This document shows, one piece after another, positions 23,750 through 34,689 of a stretch of DNA of 36,028 nt; the stretch's first letter is position 1; the number at the start of each line of letters is the position of its first letter. The DNA comes from Chiloscyllium plagiosum. Taxonomy: Eukaryota. The notes under the pieces were generated by a model. The model searched no databases, was not told the origin of the DNA, and saw nothing but the letters and a program-made list of their open reading frames with translations. The stretch is taken from the NCBI RefSeq assembly GCF_004010195.1, contig NC_057749.1, positions 24,337,086 through 24,373,113 on the forward strand. The letters are read 5' to 3'. The position numbers and the translations under genes were made by a program.

Positions 23750-25200
23750 GTATCTGCTAAGTCTCCTATTTTGCTTTCTCCTACCTGCCCTGATTCCCAA
23801 TACAATACTTCCAAAAATATTCATTCCTGACTCCGACATCAACTCCGTCTACCATCTCCTTTTCCTCTCCAAAGTCATTGTAACTCCCATTCTCATTAAT
23901 TAAAACTATGCCCATCTTTCCCACAACTCCATGTTTGAATTGTTACGGACCAGACCAGATCAGACGAGTTCCTCTCAAAATATTTTAAGATGCTAACATT
24001 TTCTTATTTAAAAGGTAGATGTGAAGGGCCATAATCCCGATGTGATGCGACTGGTCAAACGCCTCAATGTTAAGCAGAACACAATTTATTTAAACATTGT
24101 AGTTAAAATACAAACAAAGGAAAGAGAAATTTAGAATAATTTAACTCTATTGGAAAATTTATCTGAATAATAGATACAGTAACTACTACTAATGCACTGT
24201 TCCAATATAGTAACATCCCATAAACCCACCTCTTGGCAAAAATTCAGACACAGATTCTCACATGCAGTTCCCCAATTCAGAAAGGAAATAAAAACATCAA
24301 GAGAAAATTCGGAGAACGTAGCAACCAGGAGATATTCACTGAAGCTTCCGACTCTTTTGAAAGCCCAAAAGCTTCTTATGTTACTCAAAAATCCTGATCT
24401 GTAAGAGTTGGCCAGGCTGTTAAACAAAGCCCTGAGGCCTCACAAGTTGTTTCTACAAGTGGTCTGGTAGCCAGCTTGTCATCTCCACCTTACAACCTCG
24501 CTTCATTAAAAAATGGACAAAATAACCTGTTAAAGTGACGGCATCATCACAGAATCCTTCCAATTGCTGATTCCGTCGTGTACTGAAATGACTCTTACCA
24601 AAGTTGCATCCTACGTGACTGTGACAAAGGTACACCTTCCCCCCTCTTCTTGTCTGTGCCTTTCATATGGTCACCACACCATCCTCTTCTATGGCCTCCC
24701 CAATGTTATTCAACAGTTTGGGACTGCACTCACCATGGTTAGATATCCAGTCATAACCAGATAATCACTTGCAAAGTTTCTCTTCACAAGCCCACACTGA
24801 TACCTCTGGCATTTCCCAAAGGTCTATCCTAGGCTTCCTCCTATTTCTTATTTACATGTCTCTTTCACTACATTATCTGAAATCATGGTGTTTGATTCTA
24901 CGTATACACAGCTGAGACACAGCTCTACCTCATCACATCTACCTTCCCATGCATTAGCTTTTATTTGACAAACAGCCTGTCTGATACCTCGCACTGGGTC
25001 GGCTGAAATTCCCTCCAACAAAATGTTTGAGAAGATTGAAGACATTGCCTTCCATTCCTGTCACAAGCTTCATTCCTGATCCACTACCTCCATCCCTTTC
25101 CCGAGCAGCTATCTGCAGCTGAACCAGAGTCTATGGAAGACTGGTTTCTAATTCTTCCTAAGGTGAACTTCCAATCAACCAATACTCCATTGCCAAGACC
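23750..25200 (+). mobile_element. Decayed L2-clade LINE RT region, split by a solo LTR
   Basis: Remnants resembling STETAL.KV..D and SG.PQGS.LGP.LF.IY (ggcatttcccaaaggtctatcctaggc...ctatttcttatttacatg). The sequence is contiguous across GAAT once the LTR is removed. Confidence 0.65.
23941..24551 (-). mobile_element. Solo LTR (611 bp) with 4-bp TSD GAAT
   Basis: TGT...ACA termini, GAAT at 23937-23940 and 24552-24555, and AATAAA on the minus strand. Confidence 0.85.
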
Positions 25201-25229
25201 ACGTTTCTTTATTAATTTATTAATTTTTG

Positions 25230-25775
25230 GTTCAACTAGTCCATGCCAAAATTAATCCTAAACGAAACTAGTCCCAACTGTCTGCTGGCCTATATCCCTC
25301 CAAAACTTTCCAACTCATGTACTTGTCCAAATGTTTTTTAAAGGTTGTAATTGTTCCCATATCCATCAGGAAGTTCTTTCAATACGTGAGACCACCCTCT
25401 GTGTAAAAAAATTTGTCCCTTGTGTCTTTTATAAATCCTCTCAACTTTAAAACGTGCCCTCTCATCTTGAAATCTACCATCCTTGGGAAAAGACAACTAC
25501 CATTAGTTCTGGCTACACTCTCCATTATTTTATAAACTTCTATCAGGTCGCCTCTCATCCCTCTATGTTCCAGTGAAAAAAGTTCCAGGCTGTCTAGCCT
25601 TTTTTTGTAACTCAAACCTTCCATACCCCACAACGTCCTGGTAAATTTCTTCTGAACCCTCTCCAGCTTAATAATTTCCTTCCTATACAGAGCGACCAGA
25701 ACTGGACACAGTATTCCAGAAAAGGCCTCACCAATGCCCTCTACAGCTCAACATGACATCCCAACTCCACTACGC
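25230..25775 (-). mobile_element. CR1 3' fragment
   Basis: ORF 25379-25633 GLSYKKRL...RGDLIEVYKIM...RGH. Confidence 0.85.
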
Positions 25776-27234
25776 AAATGGGTTCTGATTTAAGAAAAGG
25801 AGTAATTGCATTGTTGGCAGTTCAGAAGATGTTTACTAGCTTGGTACCTGGAATGAGCGGTAATATGAGAATACCTGGAAAGGTTAAACTTGTTTCCGTT
25901 GCAGTTTAGAATAGTGAGGGGTGACTGGACTGAAATGTGTACTGAACAGACTTGACAAGGTAGATGTAAAAATGACGTTTCCTCTTGGTGAGTGAGTCCA
26001 AAACCAGGAGAAATTGTTCTAAAATCAGTGGTTGTCTTTTAGGACTGAGATGAGGAGCATTTGTTTTCTCAGATGGCTGTGCAAATTGGGAACTGTCTGA
26101 AGGTGGTGAAACAGGGCAATTGAATTTTTTAGTATTTGTTCAAGGGATGTAGCATCACTTGCCCATTCCTAATTGCCCTGAGGATGATAGTCCTGTTGAA
26201 CTGCCCTCTTGAAATGCTGCAGTCTTTGGAATGTAGGAACACCCTAATGCTGTGTAAGTTCTACTCAACAATTTAAACTCAAATCTGAAGATTGTTTATT
26301 TGAGACTTTTAAACAATACACCAACAAGAGACAATCTGGTGCTGTAACTCAGGAAACCTCACTCCAGTTATAAATAATATTTATTAAAGCAGGACCGTGA
26401 CTTAATTGTGACGCTCAGATGCCTGCCTTCTGGTTCAATTTGAAGCATGAGCTGACACTTGGTGTCAAGTCGCTTCCACAACATTAACTCTTTCCAAGCC
26501 ACAGCCTACAGCAGGATCAGTAACGTCAGGGTTCAAGTCCTACCTGCTCTAGAAGTCTATAATAACATCTGTGAACAAGTTTTTTTTTAGAAAATACACA
26601 TCCCTCTTTATTGAAGACTCTTGTAGTGCAGTGTTAGTGTCCTTGCCTTTGAGACAGGAGATATGGATTCAAGCCTTATCAGCCCTAGAGATCTGTAAAT
26701 AACATCCCCTGAACAGGTTGATCAGGAAATAACTACAGCATAATCAAATTACATAATTACATTTGATTGGTAGGCAGTGGTTGCTGCTTATTGATTTAAG
26801 AGACACGTTGTCAATCTCTAGTTGGTGTCTAAGGGTGATGGACCTTTACTGATGTCACCTCACACTAGCTGGTGCATTAAGTCGTCAATTATCAATGGGC
26901 CCATCCTCTTCACTATGGTCTCTTTACAATCTCCTTATGACTTTTCAATCATTTGAGATGTTCTTTGTTTTATAAAAAAGGTGCATATGGTCAGGAAATA
27001 ATGATTGATACTTTTGAGCTTATGCCTCAGTTCTCATTTAATTGATGAATTCCCATTAAAACAGGCACTTACTTATCACTGACCACTTGCTCCCCTTTAG
27101 CCTTTTGCTAATTTTTCTTCCCCTGTGCAGTGTTTGAATGCTGGACAGAGTTTCTCTTTTTTTAAAAGCAAAAGATATAGTGTAAAACGTTGCTCATAAT
27201 CCCAAAACTATATGAAACTCACACAGAAGATCCC

Positions 27235-28712
27235 TGAAATAACTGAATAGAGGCTGATATCCCATCATAATTACTCTTGATGTACATGTACATTGGCTGT
27301 GGCCAGCCAGCTTGGAGTTAGTCCCTGAAGTGAGGAGATTCTGCATCTCCTGTTCATTTTTTTCTTCTTTTTACTTTTTTTTTAACAAACCCTCTGACAT
27401 TCCTGTTTTTTTTTAAACCCCCCCACACTACCGCCTAACTGCGGTCGTGCTTATTTTTTTCCCCAGCACCCATGTTGTGTGTGTGCAGGTGTGAGACACA
27501 GTAAATCCATAGCTAGCTCACAGCACCATTACTGAAACCAGTTTTATATTCCAGGTTTAGCTATTGAGTTCTGTCAACTGCCATGGTGGGATTTGAACTT
27601 GGATCCCCAGGCCATTAGTCTGTGCATTTGGATTACTACTCCAGTGACATGACCACGACACCACCATCTCCCCGCATCTCCTGTTCATTTTTTTCTTTTT
27701 TTTCTTTTTATTCCCACACTACCGCCTAACTGTGGTAGTGCTTATTTTTTCCCCCAGCACCCATGGTGTGTGTGTGCAGGTGTGAGACACAGTGAGAGAC
27801 ACAAGGTGCACGAATCTTTATTCAATTTCTACCACCAGGAAGATAGGAAAACACCTGAGTGGCCAGTGACAAGCACTGCCCTTCACAAAAGGCAATGCTG
27901 TGTGAACAGTGAAGGGGAGGGTAGGGACTAAATCAAACTAGAGTTGGAGGGGGAAATAATGCACTCCACCCCCTGCGGTGCCCACCTCTCCCTGAACAAC
28001 TCCAGGGTGTTGGTGGACACCGCGTGCTCCTTCTCCAAGGACACCCGGGCCCTTACGTAGCCACGGAAGAGGGGCAGGCAGTCGGCCCTAATGACCCCCT
28101 CCACGGCCCGCTGCCTGGACCTTCTCCTGTTCATTTTTTTTTTCTCTTTTTTCTTTTTTTCCTCTCTTTTTTACCCCCACACTACCACCTAAGTGCAGTA
28201 GTGCTTATTTTTTTCCCCAGCACCCATGGTGGGTGGACACCGCGTGCTCCTTCTCCAAGGACACCCGGGCCCTAACGTAACCACGGAAGAGGGGCAGGCA
28301 GTCGGCCCTAATGACCCCCTCCACAGCCCGCTGCCTGGACCTTCTCCTGTTCATTTTTTTTTCATTTGGTTTTTTTTAGTTTTTTTTTCTTTTTTTTCCA
28401 CACTACCACCTAAGTGCGGTAGTGCTTATTTTTTTTTCCCCAGCACCTATGGTGTGTGTGTGCAGGTGTAAGACACAGTGAAAGACACAAAGTGCACGAA
28501 TCTTTATTCAAATTCCACCACTAGGAAGAAAGGAAAACACCCGGGTGGCCAGTGACAAACACTGCCCTTCACATCAGAGGGCAGTGCTGTGTGATCAAAA
28601 CAGTGAGGGGGAGCCTTCTCCTGTTCATATCTGTCAGCCAGGGCTCCCTGATTTGCCCAGGTTAACAACCCCAATCAAGGATTTCATAGTTGATGAGATC
28701 TACCTGGTTCCA
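27235..28712 (-). mobile_element. Small solo-LTR-like element (about 207 bp net), host of the Tx1 array
   Basis: TG...CA ends flanked by ATCCC (27230-27234, 28713-28717). On the minus strand, CCAAT-like words precede a TATA-like GATATGAA that is split by the insertions. Confidence 0.6.
27358..28616 (-). mobile_element. Array of 5'-truncated Tx1-type (L1-clade) LINE copies
   Basis: A-rich tails, a shared 3' UTR with hairpins, and an ORF2 C-terminus ...DCLPLFRGYVRARVSLEKEHAVSTNTLELFRERWAPQG (27928-28122). Copies are separated by TCTCCTGTTCAT at 27346, 27677, 28123, 28343 and 28617. Confidence 0.8.
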
Positions 28713-28827
28713 ATCCCAAAGTACAAATCTAAGCAAATTGTTACACAGGATGTAAAAAGGGTGAAAAATTGAAATAAAAAAAGAGTAAAAGAGTTAAATA
28801 TTCTTCACTATGTAGTCTTGAGTGATG

Positions 28828-29013
28828 CAACACCAGGTTAGAGTCCAATAGGTTTAATTGGAAGCACTAGCTTTTGGAGCACTGCCCCTTCAAACCATTT
28901 GATGAAGGAGCGGCGCTCTGAAATCTCGTGCTTTCAATTAAACCTATTGGACTATAACCTGGTTTTGTGTGATTTTTAACTTTGTTCACCTCAGTCCAAC
29001 ACTGGCATCTCCA
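28828..29013. mobile_element. Foldback Penelope-type terminal element with 14-bp TSD
   Basis: AGTCTTGAGTGATG at 28814-28827 and 29014-29027, with 65-bp inverted arms at 28828-28892 and 28903-28967. Confidence 0.8.
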
Positions 29014-29967
29014 AGTCTTGAGTGATGGAATTCTAAAGGATTATACAATTACAAAATTGTTACAAAGTTAACTCTAATGTAGATATATAAAAAGGACTTC
29101 GGGGTCCTTGTCAATAAGTCACTGAAGACTAGCATGCAGGTGCAAACCATTAGGAAGGCTAATGAGATGTTAGTTTTTATTGTGAGGAGATTTGGTTACA
29201 GGAACAGTGAGGTTTTGCTATAAGTGTATAGGAGCTTAGTTAGACTGCACTGGAATACTGTGTGCAGTTTCGGAATCCTTATTTGCTAAACCATTTCAGA
29301 ATAAACAACATTTCTGTTTGAGTCTAGAGTTACATGTAGGCAAACCAGGTAAGGATGGCAGATGTCCTTCCCTAGTAAATCAGATGGATTTTTATGGTAG
29401 TGGTTATGGTCACCATTACTGAGACTACCTTCCAATTCAAGACATAATTTGTTTAATTTAAGTTCCACGAGTTGCTTTGGTAAGGTTTGAACCCATGTGC
29501 CTAGGGTATTAATCTCAGGCCCAAGATTAGTTAGCCCCATTTGGTTGATTGAGTTTGATGAAGAAAGTTGGGGAGGGTCGGTGACAGGTACTAGTATGGA
29601 TCTATTGGACCGAATGGCCTATTTCTGTGTTGTAAACACTTGGTACTTTCTAATCTCTGCACTCTTGACAATTCTGGCCTCTGATATAATCCTAATTTAG
29701 ATGGCAACACCATTGTCAGAAAATGAGAGCTTCCTAAGTATTTTCCCTCAGTGATCCCAAATTGAGATTTGAAAATTGTTGTTGTATAAAATTGTTGTTT
29801 TTGAAAACTGTTGTGGGCACTCAGTGAGCTTTGGGATAGGGGTGAGGAGTGGAAGATCTGTGGAAGCAGTTTGGATGGGGCGTTCACTATAGATGCATTG
29901 AAGCCTGTGACCCTTTTGGAGGGTCTGACCTTATGTAACTCCCTCCCTAAACCTGTCTGCTTGATAC

Positions 29968-29998
<31 letters not shown>

Positions 29999-30417
29999 TC
30001 TCTCTCATCTCCTTTAAGCCAAACATCAAAACCCAGCTATTTCACTCAGTTTTTGGTCATCTCCCCCACATCTTCTTATGTGGTCTGCTGACAAATTTTG
30101 TTTCATAATGTGATGTGACTCGGGACATGATATTGTGTGATAGCTGCTGGTGAAGAATTTCTATGAAGATGGAGATGATTACAGAGGTTAAGATGGGCGA
30201 TCTTGGTGATGAAGTGCTAATATTATTTGCTGGACTGTGTCACCAAAGTGCACTTTTTGAGCAATGTGCTCGAATTAAACCTGTATCCAGCAATTGGCAG
30301 GTTCTCCCAATAACAGTGACACAGGGTCAGAACTTCAAGTAGAGTGGGTGAACATTATTATCTCCTTCACAGCTCAAAGTTCTCTTTGCCTGTGAAGACC
30401 ATTATTGAAGATCGGTG

Positions 30418-31047
30418 TGTGATGATACTGTGGCTTTAAGAGCTATTTTATCCTGGTTCTTTTCAAAGAAAGGTTGTTAAGTCAGAGGTGGTGAGCAGTC
30501 GATGAAAACTGCAAGAGTAAACAGCTTGTGAGGCCTTGGGTTTTATTTTAAAGTTGGAACAATAGAAGCAGCCTGGCTGGGTGTGGCCAGCTCTCACAGA
30601 CCAGGATTTCATCTGTTTTTCTTTTAGTTTTTAGCTTTATCTTTAAGCAGTTGCTGTTGTGAGCTTGAAAGAAGTAGAAACTATATTTTCCCTCTATCAG
30701 TTACAGCCAGAAGCTGGGAGTTTCTCCTTGCTGCCGGGTTACCTAGCCTAAACCTATTTGTCTGAATTTGCCTTTTTGCCCAAAGGGTGTGTTTGTGGGA
30801 TGTTACTATATTGGAACAGCTAATTAGTAATAGGTATGTCATCTATTATTCTGTTTGGTTTTCCAATAGAATTAAGATTTTCTCAATGCCTCTTTCTTTG
30901 GTTGTATTTTATCTGCAATGTTTATCTAAGTTGTGTTTGTTTAACATTGAGTAGTTTGATCAGTTGCATTGTATTAAAATAAGAAAAAGTTCGGGTTTAG
31001 GCTGCTTCAAATATTTTGATGGGTCTGGTCTAGTCTGGTCCTTAAGA
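30418..31047 (+). mobile_element. Solo LTR related to 23941-24551, in opposite orientation
   Basis: Starts tgtgatgat and ends gtctggtccttaaga, approximately the reverse complements of the ends of 23941-24551. The flanks GGTG/GATG are a near-TSD. Confidence 0.75.
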
Positions 31048-31222
31048 GATGTTATCACTTACTGTCCACCTACTTGGTCAATGTGAACTCTGGCAGAGTT
31101 TTATTGGATTGCTTGTGTGAAATACCTGTAGTGTATTGTGGAGAGAGGGAACTCTGTGCTTCAAGGGGCTTGGTGCTCTTTTCCCAGAGTTCCTCACAAG
31201 GCTCCACTGAGGAAAACAGAAG

Positions 31223-31870
31223 AGAGCAGAAAGTGAGGACTGCAGATGCTGGAGATCAGAGTCAAAAAGTGTGGTGCTGGAAAAGCACAGCTGGTGAGGC
31301 AGCATCCGAGGAACAGGAGAGTCGACGTTTTGAGCATCAGCTCTTCATCTGGAATGTGAGCGGGGCCAAGGGGGCTGAGAGATAAATGGGAGTGAGGTGG
31401 GGCTGGGGGGAAGGTAGCTGGGAAGGTGATAGTTAGATGAAGGTGGGGTGTGATGGTGATAGGTCAGAGAGGAGAGTGGAGTGGATAGGCGGCAAGGAAG
31501 ATGGACAGTAGGACAGTTCAAGAGGGCAGTGCCGAGTTGGAGGGTTGTATCTGGGATAAGGTGGAGGAAGGGGAAATGAGGAAACTGGTGAAATCTACTT
31601 TGATCCCGTATGGTTGGAGGGTCCCAAGGCAGGTGGCTTGGATTTGGTTGTGGAGGAAACTTGCATGTCCTTGGTGGAGTGGGAGGGGGAGTTAAAGTGT
31701 TCGGCCACAGGGTGGTGGGGTTGTTTGGTGTGTGTATCCAAGAAATGTTCTCTGAAATGATCCACAAGTTGGCATCCTGTTTCCCCAGTGTACAGGAGAC
31801 TAGATCGAGAGCAACGGACACAGTAGATGAGGTGTTTGGTTGTGCAGGGGAAGGTGCTGGGAGTGGAGGG
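31223..31870 (-). mobile_element. Penelope-like element 3' fragment (GIY-YIG endonuclease remnant plus terminus)
   Basis: LIYCVRCSRSSLLYTGETG...FREH...PVAEHFNSPSH in ORF 31595-32041. Confidence 0.88.
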
Positions 31871-32009
31871 TGGGTTGGTGGGGGGGTATGTACCTAATGA
31901 GGGAGTTGCAGAGGGAATGACCTCTGAGGAATGCTGAAAGGGGTGGGGAGGAAAAAACAGAAGAGAGACCCAGCATGGTTCAGTGTAAACTCTCCTTAAT
32001 CCTGTGAGA

Positions 32010-33115
32010 CATAGAACACAGAACATCGAACAGTCCAGCACAGTACATGCTCTTCAACCCTTGGTGTTGTGCCAACCTTTTATCCTACCCAAAGATCAGA
32101 CTAACCTACATACCCTTCATTTTACTATCATCCATTTGCTGATCCAAGAATCGCTTAATTGTCCCTAACGTATGTGACTCCATCACCACCGCTGGCAGTG
32201 CATTCCTTGCACCCACCACTCTCTGTGTAATAAACCTACCTCTGACATCTCCCCTAAACCTTCCACCAATCACCTTAAAATTATGCCCCCTTGTGATAGC
32301 CATTTCTGCCCTGGGAAAAGGTCTCTGGCTATCCACTCTATCTGTTCCTCTCATCATCTTGTACGCCTCTATCAAGTAACCCCTCATCCTTCTTCACTCC
32401 AATGAGAAAAGCCCTAGCTTCCTCAACCTTTCTTCATACCCTCCAGTCCAGGCAGCATCCTGGCAAATCTCCCAATGGACCCTCTCTAAAGCTTCCACAT
32501 CTTTCCTATAATGAGGTGACCAGAACTGAACATAATATTCCAAGTGTGGTCTAACCAGGACTTTATAGAGCTACAGCATAACCTTGTGGCTTTTAAACTC
32601 AATCCTCCTACTAATGAAAGCCAACACACCATACGCCTTCTTAACAACCCTGTCAACTTGAGTGGCAAATTTGATGGATCTATGGACATGGACCCCGAGA
32701 TCCCTCTGTTTCTCCAGACTGCCAAGAATCCTGTCTCTAACCCTGTAATTTGCATTCAAATTCAAACTTCCAAAACGAATCTCTTCACACTTTTCCAGGT
32801 TGAACTCCATCAGCCTAGCTCTGCATCCTGTCTCTGTCCCGTTGCAACCTACAACAGCCCTCCACAACTCCACCAACCTTTGTGTTATCGGCAAACTTAC
32901 TAACCTACCCTTCTACTTCTTCATCCAAGTCATTTATAAAAATCACAAAGAGCAAGAGATCCCAGAACTGATCTCCAGGCTGAATACCTTCCATCTACTA
33001 CCATCCCTTGTCTTCTATGGGCCAGTCAATTCTGTATCCACCCAGCCAGTTTTCCCTGTATCCCATACCTCCTTACTTTATGAATGAGCCTACCCATGGG
33101 GAACTTTACCAAACA
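32010..33115 (-). mobile_element. CR1 LINE 3' portion (RT C-terminal half), decayed
   Basis: MEFNLEKCE...RDLGVHV; RGYLIEAYKMM...TRGHNFK...NALPAVV. Confidence 0.9.
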
Positions 33116-33207
33116 GACAGCCAATAATATCTAGCATTTATCATTGCATCTTTAAGGGGCTCAATCTTTAAGGACTCTATGCATACAATGTTGAGCCTCT
33201 GCCTGTC

Positions 33208-34280
33208 TGAATTGAATTGAATTTATTGTCACAGGTACCGAAGCGCAGTGAAAAGCTTTGTCTTGTGAGCAATACAGGCAGATCCCAGAGTTAAGTAGCA
33301 TAGATTAGTAAATAATAGGTAAACAGCAGCAAGAACAAAAACACAGGTAAAGGCGAATGTTAAGAGTTTGTGAGTCCATTCAGTATTCTAACAACAGTAG
33401 GTTAGAAACTGTTGTGAAACCGGCTGGTGCATGTGTTCAGGCTTCTGTACCTCCTCCCCGATGGTAGAGGTTGTAGAAAAGCATTGCCAGGGTGGGATGG
33501 ATCTTTGAGAATGCTGGCAGCCTTTCCTTGACAACGGGCCTGGTAGATGGATTCTGTAGATGGGAGGTTGGCCTTTGTGATTGTCTGGGCCGAGCTCACC
33601 ACTCTCTGTAACCGTCTCCGATCTTGAATGGTACAGTTGCCATACCAGGTAGTGATACATCCAGACAGAATGCTCTCAATGACGCACCAATAAAAGTTGG
33701 CAAGGGCATTCGCTGTCATGCCAAATTTCCTCAGCTGCCTGAGGATAAAGAGACGTCGTTGGGCCTTTGTAACCAGTGCGTCCATGTGACGAGTCCAAGA
33801 AAGCTTGTTGTGGATGACCACTGCCAGGAGCTTGACACTCTCCACTTGTTCCACCTCTGTGCTGTTAATGTGTGTGGGGGCGGAGGGGCATGAGTAACAT
33901 CCCGCCAAATATTAATAATGAGTTCCTTGGCTTTGCCGGCATGGAGAGCTAGCTTGTTCTCAGTGTGTCATTTTTCCAGGTCTTCAACCTCCCATCTGTC
34001 GTCTGTTTTATTGCCATCTGAGATTTGACAGACTATGGTGGTATCATCAACGAACTTGTAACTCGCGTTAGTCTGGTATTTGGCGATGCAGTTTTGGGTA
34101 TACAGTGAGAACAGTAGGGGGCTGAGTATGCACCCCTGGGGGGCTCCAGTGTTAAGTGTTATTGACAATGAAATATTGTCCCCAATCTTCACTAATTGTG
34201 GCCTGTGGGTCAGGAAACTGAGGAACCAGGTGCAGAGAGTGGGGCTTCGTCCGAGATCACTAACTTTAGTAATCAGCCTG
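33208..34280 (-). mobile_element. Rex1/Babar-clade LINE, 5'-truncated, with (TTCAA)n tail
   Basis: TGAPQGCILSPLLFSLYT...KFVDD (RT) and IESILSGCITTWYG...DPSHP...LPSGRRYRS. Confidence 0.9.
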
Positions 34281-34689
34281 TTAGTCTACTGTAGGTCTGC
34301 AAGCTGCACACTTGGAAATCAGTTGCTTTGCTGTAATGTCTGCTTTGTAACTTAGACAATATGTTTTATTATTTTATACAAATTAACCCACAGAGCTAAT
34401 CATTCTCTGACGAGTGGCTGATTATTAAATCATTACCATTAACATCTCATTCATGCAGCACTTTAATGTAAATTAGCGTCGCAAGCTGCTTTACTGACTT
34501 GTATTCAGGCACAAATGAGCCAAGGTGATGGATACCTGGACAGGGTGGCTGCTGGAGAGGACTCCAGAGCTGGAGATGATCCGCTCCATCCATTTCTTTT
34601 CTTTTTTTCTCACTTCTTTTGCGTTTCTTCCCTTTCTCTATCCACCCCACATCCTTGGTGGCACCAGCGATGTCCAGGGTGAAAGCCAG

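Noticed and set aside
26515..26725. tRNA-like A/B boxes
   Set aside because: No cloverleaf. These are decayed short SINE heads, with a similar one near 7720-7830.
28135..28342. A fourth independent Tx1 insertion
   Set aside because: It has the same 5' junction as copy B and tail variants like copy D, so it is best explained by a 220-bp tandem duplication.
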